Assembly (NCBI RefSeq): GCF_029265695.1
Contig: NZ_JAJUHW010000001.1
Coordinates: 48,992 to 112,991, forward strand
Reading direction: 5' to 3'
Origin: Gracilinema caldarium
GTDB taxonomy: Bacteria > Spirochaetota > Spirochaetia > Treponematales > Breznakiellaceae
Length of the DNA stretch: 64,000 nt
Below are positions 48,978 through 58,538 of this stretch, one piece after another. The position numbers and the translations under genes are program-made. The notes below the pieces were generated by a model. That model had not been told where the DNA came from, made no database searches, and was given only the letters and a program-made list of their open reading frames with translations. Within the stretch, counting starts at the first letter, position 1. Each line of letters begins with the position of its first letter.

Positions 48978-50303
48978 ATGGCCCACTCAACCCATGATGA
49001 CACTTTTTATTCCCTGGATAACAGCGCTATATTCATGGCCGCCATTGCGGGGGCTTCAGGACCCTTTGTTTTCCGCTTCTATTGTGAGTTGGATAATCCC
49101 GTTTTTGTTCCCGCCCTTCAGGATGCGGTAAATGCTCTTTTCCCCCGCTTCCCCTATCTTTTTGTACGGCTTAGAAGCGGTGTTTTCTGGCATTATCTCG
49201 ATCCTGTTTCTAAGCCGCCCCGTGTCGAAAAAGAAACAGCCTATCCCTGCGGCCCCCTTCCTCAGGGAGGAGACCGGCCTGCTCTGCGTGTTTTTGCCTA
49301 TGGCCGTCGTATTGCGGTCGAATTCCACCATGTGGTAACCGACGGAACCGGTGCCATTGCATTCATGAGGGCTCTGATTACTGAATACCTTCGAAATATA
49401 GGTATCGGTTTAGAGCTTTCCGATGCAGATCTTGTATCCTTTGGCATCAAACATCCTCGAGAGCCGGTGGATGCCGGCGAATCAGAAGATGGATATAATA
49501 AATATTTTAGACCCAGTGCGACCGTCCCGGATAAAACAGGGCAAGCTTTTCTTATTCCCGGCCGCCGTATGTTTATATCCTATCGGGAAACATTAGGTTC
49601 TATGGATGTACGGCAGGTGCTGGATGTAGCAAAAAAATATAAAGTGACCCTTACAGAATTTCTTTCCGCAATCCATCTTGATGTTCTGCAGGATATGTAT
49701 GAATCCTTGGATCGGAAGGCTCAAAAAGGAGCAAAAAAAGTTATATCTATTCAAGTACCGGTTAACCTCAGAAAGATTTATCCTTCTCAATCTTTACGGA
49801 ATTTTTTCCTTTTTGTCGCTCCCTATATTGATGTACGGCTTGGACATTGGAGTTTTGATGAAATTCTGCGGCGGGTTCATCATCAGATGCAGCTTGGTCT
49901 TGAAGATAAGGAACTGGTTCGGCAGCTTAAACGAAATGTGGGGGGCGAAAGGAATCCTTTTGGTAAAATTGTTTTTTTACCGATTAAGACCCTGGTGCTC
50001 CGCATTATCAATGCGGTGATTGGCGTCGGCGCCTATTCCGGTTCTCTTTCCAATGTTGGTATAGTAGAAATGCCAGAGGCCCTTGCGGCTCATATCGTCC
50101 GCTTTAGCTTTATACCATCCCGAGCTCGGACCACCGGAGCCAATGTGGGTGTCCTTACCTGGCAAAACAGGCTGTACATCAATATTGGGAGTATGGTCCA
50201 TGAAAGGGATTTTGAACGCAGGTTTTTTACAAAACTTTCATCCTTTGGAATTGATGTATTTGTCATGAGCAGTGATCCAATTTCAAAAGTCGATTACTTT
50301 TGA
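48978..50303 (+). CDS. CoA-dependent acyltransferase (alcohol acetyltransferase/condensation-like fold)
   Basis: HHxxxDG motif EFHHVVTDGTG, VPVNLR, LSNVG; start placed at ATG 48978, 7 nt after TATAAT. Confidence 0.78.
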   Translation: MAHSTHDDTFYSLDNSAIFMAAIAGASGPFVFRFYCELDNPVFVPALQDAVNALFPRFPYLFVRLRSGVFWHYLDPVSKPPRVEKETAYPCGPLPQGGDRPALRVFAYGRRIAVEFHHVVTDGTGAIAFMRALITEYLRNIGIGLELSDADLVSFGIKHPREPVDAGESEDGYNKYFRPSATVPDKTGQAFLIPGRRMFISYRETLGSMDVRQVLDVAKKYKVTLTEFLSAIHLDVLQDMYESLDRKAQKGAKKVISIQVPVNLRKIYPSQSLRNFFLFVAPYIDVRLGHWSFDEILRRVHHQMQLGLEDKELVRQLKRNVGGERNPFGKIVFLPIKTLVLRIINAVIGVGAYSGSLSNVGIVEMPEALAAHIVRFSFIPSRARTTGANVGVLTWQNRLYINIGSMVHERDFERRFFTKLSSFGIDVFVMSSDPISKVDYF

Positions 50304-50423
50304 AATTGGCTTTGCGATTGCTTGCGGATGCGTGCGGTTTCTTTAAAATCCCACGCATCCGCTGCGCCAAATCGCGGTTTTATTAGGTAGCTCTTTCAAA
50401 ACTCCCTGAGTTTTGAAAGAGCT
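50277..50423. repeat. Composite palindromic element (three hairpins), REP/BIME- or MITE-like
   Basis: 14-bp stem 50277-50290/50296-50309; 11-bp stem 50324-50334/50352-50362; 16-bp stem 50389-50404/50408-50423; the outer stems share TTTCAAAA/TTTTGAAA. Confidence 0.75.
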
Positions 50424-50452
50424 TTCAGTGAGAATGAAGGAGATACAAAGCT

Positions 50453-51202
50453 ATGAGACATTGTGCTTTTTGTGCTGTAAATGTTCGGGAAACCGATGAG
50501 CGCTGTCCTCTGTGCGGAAAACCCACGATAGAAGGAGAATTGCAACGCAGCGAATCCTTGCATGCGCCGGGCGCAACGGATTATCCATCATCAAAAAATA
50601 AATTAGAAAAACAAACCGAACAGGAAACTGAGTCTCGGGATGTGAGGGTGAGTAAAAAGCTGGCAGTGGAGCTTATTTCGGTCTTTTTTGGCATCGCATT
50701 GGTAGTCACCATTTTGGCTAACCTTTTTGCTGAACACCGGCTTTCCTGGTCCCTCTATGCTGGGGTGGGAATTCTCATGTTATGGCTTATCATCAGTATT
50801 CCTCTTATTCTTAAAAAATATCCCTGGATTATATTTGCAATTCTCGGGCCGAGTATTCCTCTTCTTATCTTTGTTCTTGATGTATTGGATGGCCGCATTA
50901 CCTGGTTCCTTGGCTATGGGCTGCCCATTACGCTGCTCGTTGAAATTTCCGTTACATTGGGAGCCCTGTTTATAGGTATTTCGCGAAGAAAGGGCTTGAA
51001 TGTCTTTGCAATCCTTTTGTTGGCCGCAAGTTTTCTCTGTCTCGGCCTGGAATTTGTCATCGATCTTAATGTACAGCACCGGCTCTCCCTTGACTGGTCA
51101 GTTATAGTTGCCTTTGTATGCGTTCCAATGGCAGGACTTCTCTTTTACCTCCATTACAGGATTATGAAAAAGGCATCCCTGCGAAAGCTATTCCGTATCT
51201 GA
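50453..51202 (+). CDS. Zinc-ribbon plus multi-TM membrane protein (DUF6320-like)
   Basis: CAFC...CPLC ribbon followed by about 6 TM helices; AAGGAG SD. Confidence 0.7.
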   Translation: MRHCAFCAVNVRETDERCPLCGKPTIEGELQRSESLHAPGATDYPSSKNKLEKQTEQETESRDVRVSKKLAVELISVFFGIALVVTILANLFAEHRLSWSLYAGVGILMLWLIISIPLILKKYPWIIFAILGPSIPLLIFVLDVLDGRITWFLGYGLPITLLVEISVTLGALFIGISRRKGLNVFAILLLAASFLCLGLEFVIDLNVQHRLSLDWSVIVAFVCVPMAGLLFYLHYRIMKKASLRKLFRI

Positions 51203-51291
51203 AGCTGGCTATTGAACCGATGTGCGTGCATATTCTTGCTTCCCTTGCATTATAGGCCTGTCATCGGGTAAAATCCTGCGAGGAGTACTGA

Positions 51292-53319
51292 ATGCTGGAA
51301 CGGATGCGCAACATCGGCATAATGGCCCATATCGATGCCGGAAAAACAACAACTACCGAACGGATCCTCTATTATACCGGAAAAAGTCATCGTATTGGCG
51401 AGGTTGATGATGGGGAAGCCATTATGGACTGGATGGAACAGGAACAGGAACGGGGAATTACCATCCAGAGCGCTGCAACTACCACTTATTGGAAAGACCA
51501 TCAAATTAACATTATAGATACCCCTGGACACGTGGATTTTACCGCTGAAGTTGAACGATCACTCAGGGTCCTCGATGGGGCTATCTGTATTTTTTGCGCC
51601 GTAAGCGGTGTGGAGCCCCAAACCGAAACGGTATGGCATCAGGCAGACCGATATCGGGTTCCCCGTATCGGCTATATCAATAAAATGGACCGGATGGGGG
51701 CTGATTTTTATCAGGTTTTAGATGATATAAAGGCCAAGTTGGGTGCTCAAGCGGTACCCATACAGCTCCCAATTGGTAGAGAAAGTGCGTTCGAAGGTGT
51801 TATCGATCTTCTTGAGATGCGAGAAATCCGTTGGGATGCATCCACCGATGGTGAAAAGATGCTTTACAGTCCTATTGCTAATGAATCGCTTGGGGAAGCC
51901 CAAGAATGGCGAGAAAAACTGATCGATGCCCTTTCTGCCTATTCTGAGGTTATTACCGATCTTTATCTTAACGGCCAAGATATTCCTCTGGACCTTATCA
52001 AAAAGGAATTGCGAAAAGCAGTTATTCAGCACAAAGTAGTTCCCCTGCTTTGTGGCGCTTCTCGAAGAAATATGGGGGTCCAGCCCCTGATAGACGCGGT
52101 TGTGGATTTCTTGCCGGCTCCTGATGAAGTAGGACCTGCAGTAGGCCACCACCTTAAAAAAGAGGAAGAGGTACAAGTCCCCTGTGATCCCAAAGGGACG
52201 CCCCTGGGATTGGTATTTAAAATTCAATATGACCGCGAAGCAGGCAGCCTCTGTTATGTTCGAATGTATTCCGGTAGCTTTAAGCCCGGTACAGTGGTCT
52301 TTAACGTAGGAAAGAAAAAACGGGAACGGGCAAACCGTATCCTAAGGATGCATTCTAATAAAAGCGAACCCATGGATGTCCTTTCTGCTGGTGATATCGG
52401 CGTGATTATTGGTATGAAGGAAGCTCAAACCGGTGACACAATCGGCAGCGAAGGGTGGCCAGTGGTGCTTGAAAAGATGCAGTTCCCTGAGCCGGTCATA
52501 TCCGTCGCCATTGAACCAAAAAGCATCTCCGAACAGGATAAGCTGCGGGAAGTTCTGGGTATACTTGCCAAAGAGGATCCCACCTTTACGACTAAGGAAA
52601 ATGAAGAAACAGGACAGCTCATTATATCCGGAATGGGTGAATTGCACCTGGATGTACTGGTAACTCGTATCCTTAAAGAATACAATGTTGGTGCTAAAGT
52701 TGGAAATCCCCAGGTTACTTACCGTGAATCGATTGCAAGAACAGTAGAGCATACCCAGCAATTCTCCCGAGTTCTAGCGGGAAAAGAGCATGAGGCTACA
52801 TTGACTCTACGGGTAGAAGGGCTCCCCCGAGGTACCGGAAACCGCTATACCTGTGCGGCTAAAAAGAATAAAGCGCCGGAAGAGATATTTGATGCGATTG
52901 AACGGGGTATTAATTCAGCATTCCCTTCGGGGATTGTAATGGGATACCCCTGTATCGATATTGGGGTAACCCTTCTTGATCTGGAATACTCTGAACTAAC
53001 CGGCTCGGAATTTGCCTTCGAGGCTTGTGCAAGCATGGGCTTTGACGAAGCATGCAGGATCGCAGATCCCTTCTTGCTGGAACCAATTATGGCTGTTACT
53101 TTGATTTCTCCCAAGGAATTTGTAGGAGATGTTATTAGTCTTATTATTCAACGCGGTGGAATTGTTCACAGTATGGATTCTAAGGCCACGGTGGACCATG
53201 TCAAAGCCCAGGCTCCCATGGCAAAAATGTTCGGTTTTATGACCGCTCTCCGATCTGTTAGTCAGGGGCGGGCAACCTTTTCTATGGAATTTTCCCATTT
53301 CGAAAAAAAACAGGGATAA
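51292..53319 (+). CDS. fusA: Elongation factor G paralog (EF-G2-like)
   Basis: [36 protein letters not shown]; divergent domain IV. Confidence 0.92.
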   Translation: MLERMRNIGIMAHIDAGKTTTTERILYYTGKSHRIGEVDDGEAIMDWMEQEQERGITIQSAATTTYWKDHQINIIDTPGHVDFTAEVERSLRVLDGAICIFCAVSGVEPQTETVWHQADRYRVPRIGYINKMDRMGADFYQVLDDIKAKLGAQAVPIQLPIGRESAFEGVIDLLEMREIRWDASTDGEKMLYSPIANESLGEAQEWREKLIDALSAYSEVITDLYLNGQDIPLDLIKKELRKAVIQHKVVPLLCGASRRNMGVQPLIDAVVDFLPAPDEVGPAVGHHLKKEEEVQVPCDPKGTPLGLVFKIQYDREAGSLCYVRMYSGSFKPGTVVFNVGKKKRERANRILRMHSNKSEPMDVLSAGDIGVIIGMKEAQTGDTIGSEGWPVVLEKMQFPEPVISVAIEPKSISEQDKLREVLGILAKEDPTFTTKENEETGQLIISGMGELHLDVLVTRILKEYNVGAKVGNPQVTYRESIARTVEHTQQFSRVLAGKEHEATLTLRVEGLPRGTGNRYTCAAKKNKAPEEIFDAIERGINSAFPSGIVMGYPCIDIGVTLLDLEYSELTGSEFAFEACASMGFDEACRIADPFLLEPIMAVTLISPKEFVGDVISLIIQRGGIVHSMDSKATVDHVKAQAPMAKMFGFMTALRSVSQGRATFSMEFSHFEKKQG

Positions 53320-53327
53320 TTACTGCT

Positions 53328-53350
53328 GCCCCGGACTCTATGTTCGGGGC
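53328..53350. terminator. Hairpin between convergent fusA and ParB-N genes
   Basis: GCCCCGGAC-TCTAT-GTTCGGGGC. Confidence 0.6.
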
Positions 53351-53357
53351 GGTATGT

Positions 53358-53747
53358 TTAATCAAGGCGAAATAGTTTCCTGAAAAACGATGAAATTGCC
53401 ATCCATATTCGGCGAAAAAAGCCTGGATTGCGCAGTTTTCTGATTCTTTTGAGAGCTGTTTGAATTTCTTCGTCGTTCAAATCTTGGCGCTGAAGGTTTT
53501 CTTCTAGTTCTAATTCCAGCTTTGCAAGCTCATCTGTCGCATCAATAATCTGGGCATTAATGGTCCGCCAGCCCAGTATTTTTGCTGCTTCCAGTCTGCG
53601 GCGGCCAGATATAAGAACATTTTTTTTATTTATAAGTATGGGCTGAATCTGCCCATACCGTTTAAGACTTTCGGCGAGTTCATTTACATTCCCCAAATCT
53701 TTTCGAACCCGCTTTTTAATTTTAATATCCTCAAGGGGTATCTGCAT
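53358..53747 (-). CDS. Small ParB/Srx N-terminal domain protein
   Basis: ELAESLKRYGQIQPILI...LISGRRRLEAAK...EENLQR; no HTH domain. Confidence 0.85.
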   Translation of the reverse strand: MQIPLEDIKIKKRVRKDLGNVNELAESLKRYGQIQPILINKKNVLISGRRRLEAAKILGWRTINAQIIDATDELAKLELELEENLQRQDLNDEEIQTALKRIRKLRNPGFFRRIWMAISSFFRKLFRLD

Positions 53748-53757
53748 ATTGTGCCTC

Positions 53758-56331
53758 TTAATCCAGTAAAGGATTGTAGTCTTGATTCATCGGATTATTC
53801 GGTACATTGCCCTGGTTATTGTTTTGGGGGACAGAACTATCTACAGGTTTTTGTGATGGCAGTGAATCAAGATTCAAGGTGGGCATTTTAAGCCTATTTT
53901 GCAGCTCCGTATCATCAATATGTAATGTATCCTGTATCATTATATCCAGAGCACGCTGCGTGTATTGGCTTCCTGCGTCATGAATGTCACAATATTTCTG
54001 CGGCTGTGTACCTTCCAGAAAGGTGAGGGTAATAGTACCGTCGTTACAGTAGGACGTGGGTAACAGCCCTGATGTAGCACAGACCGTAACGTCTATAAGT
54101 CCAGTAGTGGGACGGACAAAATCCTTCATGGGAAGGTCTCGGTGAACATCCCTCATGTAATTTGCCCATACTGGCCCTGCAATAGTGGCTCCAGTCTGTG
54201 TAACACCCAGAGAGTTGCCCGGTTTGTCAAAACCAAACCAAACGGCAGTTGTATAGTACGGCGTATATCCAACGGTCCATGCATCAGCCCAGTTTTGAGT
54301 AGTACCGGTCTTTCCCGCAGCGGGGATCGTATATTTTTTACCCTTGCTGTCTGTATAGGTGAATTTTGTACCGTAACCTGAGGCATAGGCCAAAGTACCG
54401 CTTTGTATAGTTTTTTGCAGCAGGCTTGTCATGACATAGGCTGTCTGCGGGCTAATGAGCTGGATTGCTGAACCTTTTCGTTTTTGTTGCAGCCGTAGTT
54501 CCTTTTCAGGATCCAGGAATATTTTTCCGTTTCTGTCCTCCACCTGTAATATGGCTATGGGTGTAACTTCCTTGCCTTGGTTGGCAAATACCGCAAAGGC
54601 CCGGGCCATTTGAATGGGGGCTACACTGATGACCCCGAGTCCTAGGGGATACAGGCGGGGAAAGGTTTTTCGCTTTTCTTCAGGATCCGTGATGCCCAGG
54701 AGCAATGCAGCCCGGTCAATGGCTGCATCAAAACCTATACCGTCAAGTATTTTCAGGGATGGGACGTTCATCGACTGTGCGAGGGCGTACCATAGAAGCA
54801 CCGGGCCCTTCCATTCTCCCTTATAGTTTAAAGGAATGTAGGGTGTTCCATTTTCATTATAAAAGACAACCGGAGAATCATAGATAAGAGAAGCTGGGGT
54901 ATACTTTCGGGAATCGATGGCTGCTGAATAATATAGAGGTTTAAAGGAGCTACCGGGCATGATTTTCCCTTGCACCGCTCGGATCAGCTGGTTGCTTTGA
55001 TCGTATTTAGAGCCGCCGATCATTGCTTTTATATAACCCGTTTCGTTTTCTATGGAAACGAGTGCCCCTTCTACGGTATTTTTTTCCGCAATGGTTTTTA
55101 AATTCCCGTAGGCTGTATTGGTAATAATTTTTACATCCTGCATATTGAATAGAAGCGCTGCCACGTCCAGTACCGGATTTAAGCGTTTTACATACCGATC
55201 AAGGGCTTTTTGAGCATTTTTAGAGTCCGATGTGGCATGAATTTCATCTATCCCAAAAGCAAGTGACAATAGATCGATGATGGGGACATAGAGTGCTTCA
55301 GCCTTGTCGAGTCTTGTAGAAATAGTTTTTTTGTACTCTTCATTTGCCTGAGCAAGTCCTACCGCCATTTGGCGATCCGCAGCGGCTTGAAAATCCAGGT
55401 CCAGGGTAGTTTTAACCGTAAATCCGTCCTTATAGATATCCAATGAACCGTAGAGCATGTTTTCAAGCTGGCGCCGCACATATTCGCTGAACCAGGGAGC
55501 CTTGTCATCACGGGAAAAGTAAGCGGATGTAGAGACCCGGGTATAGTCATAATTCGCCCAATACTCTTCAAAGGATGTATCCGCTTCTTTGCGTGTTGTG
55601 TAGCCCAGATCTACCATTTTGTCGAGAACTGCTTTTTGCCGGTCCCGCGCAATGTTTGGATTATCCAGCGGATTGTACCGTGCGGGGCTAGAAAGCTGGA
55701 TAACCAAAATGGCTGCTTCTGCCAAAGAGATTTCCCGCGCGCTATGACCAAAATAGTACTTGCTTGCCGCTTCTACCCCGTAGGTGCCGGCGCCCATATA
55801 CATTTTATTCAAGTACAGTTCTAGGATTTCATTTTTACTGTATCGACGCTCAAGCTGCAGGGCCCACCAGAGTTCTCTCAGTTTTCTGGTAATCGACCGT
55901 TCCGACCGGTCTAGATAGAGGGTTCCCGCAAGCTGTTGGGTAATGGTAGAACCTCCGCCAAGATTTTTTCCAATAATTTGTCCGACCACAGCACGTATTA
56001 TGGCTTTAAGACTGAACCCATGGTGTTTATAAAAATCGGGGTCTTCCCGGGCCAGTACCGCATGAATAAGATGGGTTGGAAGTTCTTTGAGGGTTATTAT
56101 TTCCCGTTTTTCCTCTGCTGAAAATTCGGTAATAACTCTGCCATTAATATCCAAGAGCTTGGATGGTAAGGCTGGTGAAAAATCGGTAAAATTTTCCTGA
56201 TTTTTTATATTTATCGTTTCTGCCACAAAGAGACCGACACCGATGCCCAGAAAGATCGCTGATAATATAATAAGGATCGTCACAAGGCGCAGTATTGTTT
56301 TTTTGTGCGGTTTTTTTAAGGTTAATGCCAT
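53758..56331 (-). CDS. Class A penicillin-binding protein (PBP1A family)
   Basis: Transglycosylase ARED..FYKHHG, GGSTITQQLA; transpeptidase SSFK, SMN, KTG. Start moved to ATG 56331, 7 nt after TTGACA-N17-TAGGCT. Confidence 0.95.
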   Translation of the reverse strand: MALTLKKPHKKTILRLVTILIILSAIFLGIGVGLFVAETINIKNQENFTDFSPALPSKLLDINGRVITEFSAEEKREIITLKELPTHLIHAVLAREDPDFYKHHGFSLKAIIRAVVGQIIGKNLGGGSTITQQLAGTLYLDRSERSITRKLRELWWALQLERRYSKNEILELYLNKMYMGAGTYGVEAASKYYFGHSAREISLAEAAILVIQLSSPARYNPLDNPNIARDRQKAVLDKMVDLGYTTRKEADTSFEEYWANYDYTRVSTSAYFSRDDKAPWFSEYVRRQLENMLYGSLDIYKDGFTVKTTLDLDFQAAADRQMAVGLAQANEEYKKTISTRLDKAEALYVPIIDLLSLAFGIDEIHATSDSKNAQKALDRYVKRLNPVLDVAALLFNMQDVKIITNTAYGNLKTIAEKNTVEGALVSIENETGYIKAMIGGSKYDQSNQLIRAVQGKIMPGSSFKPLYYSAAIDSRKYTPASLIYDSPVVFYNENGTPYIPLNYKGEWKGPVLLWYALAQSMNVPSLKILDGIGFDAAIDRAALLLGITDPEEKRKTFPRLYPLGLGVISVAPIQMARAFAVFANQGKEVTPIAILQVEDRNGKIFLDPEKELRLQQKRKGSAIQLISPQTAYVMTSLLQKTIQSGTLAYASGYGTKFTYTDSKGKKYTIPAAGKTGTTQNWADAWTVGYTPYYTTAVWFGFDKPGNSLGVTQTGATIAGPVWANYMRDVHRDLPMKDFVRPTTGLIDVTVCATSGLLPTSYCNDGTITLTFLEGTQPQKYCDIHDAGSQYTQRALDIMIQDTLHIDDTELQNRLKMPTLNLDSLPSQKPVDSSVPQNNNQGNVPNNPMNQDYNPLLD

Positions 56332-56373
56332 GTCACTGAGCCTACGGAAGGCTTGCCTTTTTGTCAAGCGAGC

Positions 56374-56410
56374 AAAAAAAGGGGATGTCCTCAAGTTATA
56401 GGACATCCCC
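56374..56410 (-). terminator. Intrinsic terminator (GGGGATGTCC family)
   Basis: GGGGATGTCC 56381-56390 / GGACATCCCC 56401-56410; A7 tract 56374-56380. Confidence 0.88.
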
Positions 56411-56495
56411 TGCCGTAGTGGCTGTCGGAAGTATAGCGGTTTGGGAGGGGAACTATAGGTCCGACATTGATATCATCGGAATTAACCGAAACTTC
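56374..56495 (-). ncRNA. Candidate structured small RNA or processed 3' UTR with a CCCCUCCC loop
   Basis: Three hairpins followed by the terminator; main stem 56423-56436/56453-56466 with anti-SD-like loop; TAAAAT at 56507-56502. Confidence 0.4.
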
Positions 56496-56504
56496 TTAAC
56501 CATT

Positions 56505-57485
56505 TTATTCGTCTTTAATATCCACATCGATGATGAGGGCGATCCGGTATGTTTTTCCCTTTTCTATTAAAAGCTGCTTAATCACCGAATAATCACCGAC
56601 CTGGAACCGCACCGTATGCAGCCCTGGTTCAACCAACTGGGACTGGCGCGGATTTGTCACCAGTGTGTCATCAAAAAAAATCTTTGTGTTTTCTGGGGCT
56701 TCAAATACAATGAGCGGTGTAGTATCTCGTAAATCAATAGTTAGATCCGTAGTTTTTGCCCGTTCAATGAAAAAAGTACGGCTTTCGGTACGGAAATCTT
56801 CCGAGACGATGCTCAGATGATGCTCTCCGGTCTTTAAAATTCGCTCTTTAGAATAATCTGGAATGACAGCCCCATCAATCAAAACGGTAAAGGGCCGGTC
56901 TTTCATAGTCTCTGGAGTTTTAATATTCAACCTGAGAGCTCCCTCATCGGCCACAATAGGCCGGACAGTCAATACAAACTCCATGGTTTCCACTTCTTCT
57001 GATAATCCTTTAATAAGGGGCATGAGTCTCAGCACCAGGGGGAATGACTGGGGCGGAATGATCCCTGTCGGCACCGTTACATAGGGGCTGGTTTTTAGCC
57101 CATGGCCTTGACGAAGCGGAATCTGATAAACCGCCTGGAGTTTCGCGGGAATAATTTCAAAGGCAAGACGCTCAAGATTAAAATCGATGACTCCGGGTTT
57201 TAGTATTTCTTTATTTCCTTTGTAGATAGAGAGTCCCACGCTGCTGCGGTATTTTAGGTAAATTTGAGGAACCTTAAGCTCAAGCTCTATACCTCTGAGA
57301 AAAGCTGCATCCTGTGTTAGGCTTACTACAACCGAATCGATGTAGGTAAGAGTGAGACTTTTACCCTCCGGTTTATGAGGAGAAACTTCGATTGAACCCT
57401 TAAGGGTAGTCCTGAAGGTTTCTGCCTCTAAGGGGGTGAGAATAGATAATAAACAAGCAAGGGCATAAAGCCTGACTTTCATCAA
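56505..57485 (-). CDS. Exported hypothetical protein with PEGA-like beta repeats
   Basis: Signal peptide; TVLIDG...GEHHLSI and KIFFDD...PGLHTVRF repeats. Confidence 0.65.
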   Translation of the reverse strand: MMKVRLYALACLLSILTPLEAETFRTTLKGSIEVSPHKPEGKSLTLTYIDSVVVSLTQDAAFLRGIELELKVPQIYLKYRSSVGLSIYKGNKEILKPGVIDFNLERLAFEIIPAKLQAVYQIPLRQGHGLKTSPYVTVPTGIIPPQSFPLVLRLMPLIKGLSEEVETMEFVLTVRPIVADEGALRLNIKTPETMKDRPFTVLIDGAVIPDYSKERILKTGEHHLSIVSEDFRTESRTFFIERAKTTDLTIDLRDTTPLIVFEAPENTKIFFDDTLVTNPRQSQLVEPGLHTVRFQVGDYSVIKQLLIEKGKTYRIALIIDVDIKDE

Positions 57486-58450
57486 TTCTTTCCTTTTCCT
57501 GGCAGGAGCGGAGATGGATCACGAGCCTTTCCTTCCTGCCGTAATTCAAAATGTAAATGGGGACCGGTTGTTTGTCCAGTCATTCCAACCGTACCAATAA
57601 CTGTACTTGAACGCACATAACTCTGCAAGCTGGTTTGTATGCTTCCCAGGTGTCCATATACACTGGTCCACCCTCCTTCATGGGTGATAATGATATAGTT
57701 TCCATAAACTTCATCATAACCCACCTTGGAAACAACCCCATCTCTGCAGGGGTAAACAGGGGTCCCGACAGGGGCTGCGAGATCCAGGCCTTCATGGACT
57801 TTAACGGTTCCTGTAACTGGATTTTTCCTGAGTCCAAAGCTGCTTGTGATACGTACTTCTGGTAAGGGATAACGAAATGCTGCATTAAGAAAAAAGGCCC
57901 TTTCGGTTCCGCTAAAGCCCTGGTCGGGGAGACAATAGAGATCAAGTGGTTTTTCCTCTGGATATATCCTAAGCAAGAATGCATTCTTATCTTTATATGC
58001 ATTGAAAATAAGTTTTTCTAGATCCGTTTCTGTTTTGAGCGGAACGAACAATGCGGGCAGTGACGGAAGTAAAAGTTCTTTGCCTGGCTGCAGTAACGAA
58101 GGATGTTCAAAGCGGTTTAAGGTGGCAATGGTCTCATAGGGTATAGTGCATCGGGATGCAATAGTGAATAGATCTTCTCCGTTTTTTATTATGTATCGAT
58201 AAACAGTTAGCCCTTGGGCCAGCTTTTTTAACCCATCCGGTTCTGAGCCTAGCAAGCCCTGACGGTACCGGGCTAGCAGCATGCGGTTTTCTTCCACATC
58301 CTGTTGATATTGGATAAATACTGGGTCAGAATTGTTGAGCGTTGTTATGAGCGGATGACGAAATGAGGGGGCAGTATAGGCATTGGAGTAGGTTAAAAAG
58401 ACTAAATTGAGGATACTCGCAATAATGGTAATCTTAAGTTTATGCATCAT
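57482..58450 (-). CDS. LysM plus M23 peptidase domain protein
   Basis: LysM-like (GEDLFTIA...IATLN...LQPGKELLLP), HEGLDL, YGHL, TTGPHLHFE; start moved to ATG 58450. Confidence 0.9.
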   Translation of the reverse strand: MMHKLKITIIASILNLVFLTYSNAYTAPSFRHPLITTLNNSDPVFIQYQQDVEENRMLLARYRQGLLGSEPDGLKKLAQGLTVYRYIIKNGEDLFTIASRCTIPYETIATLNRFEHPSLLQPGKELLLPSLPALFVPLKTETDLEKLIFNAYKDKNAFLLRIYPEEKPLDLYCLPDQGFSGTERAFFLNAAFRYPLPEVRITSSFGLRKNPVTGTVKVHEGLDLAAPVGTPVYPCRDGVVSKVGYDEVYGNYIIITHEGGWTSVYGHLGSIQTSLQSYVRSSTVIGTVGMTGQTTGPHLHFELRQEGKARDPSPLLPGKGKN

Positions 58451-58454
58451 TGGC

Positions 58455-58517
58455 AAAAAAAAACCGTCCAAGCAAGGACTAGGCCAGCAAAAGCGGCAGA
58501 TCCTTGACATGAACGGC
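58455..58517 (-). terminator. Long irregular hairpin plus U9 after the ferredoxin gene
   Basis: Minus strand CCGTTCA..CAAGGA..GCC-GC-TTTT-GC-T-GGC..TCCTTG..TGGACGG-TTTTTTTTT. Confidence 0.7.
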
Positions 58518-58538
58518 TTAGATAGGAAAAGAACTTCC

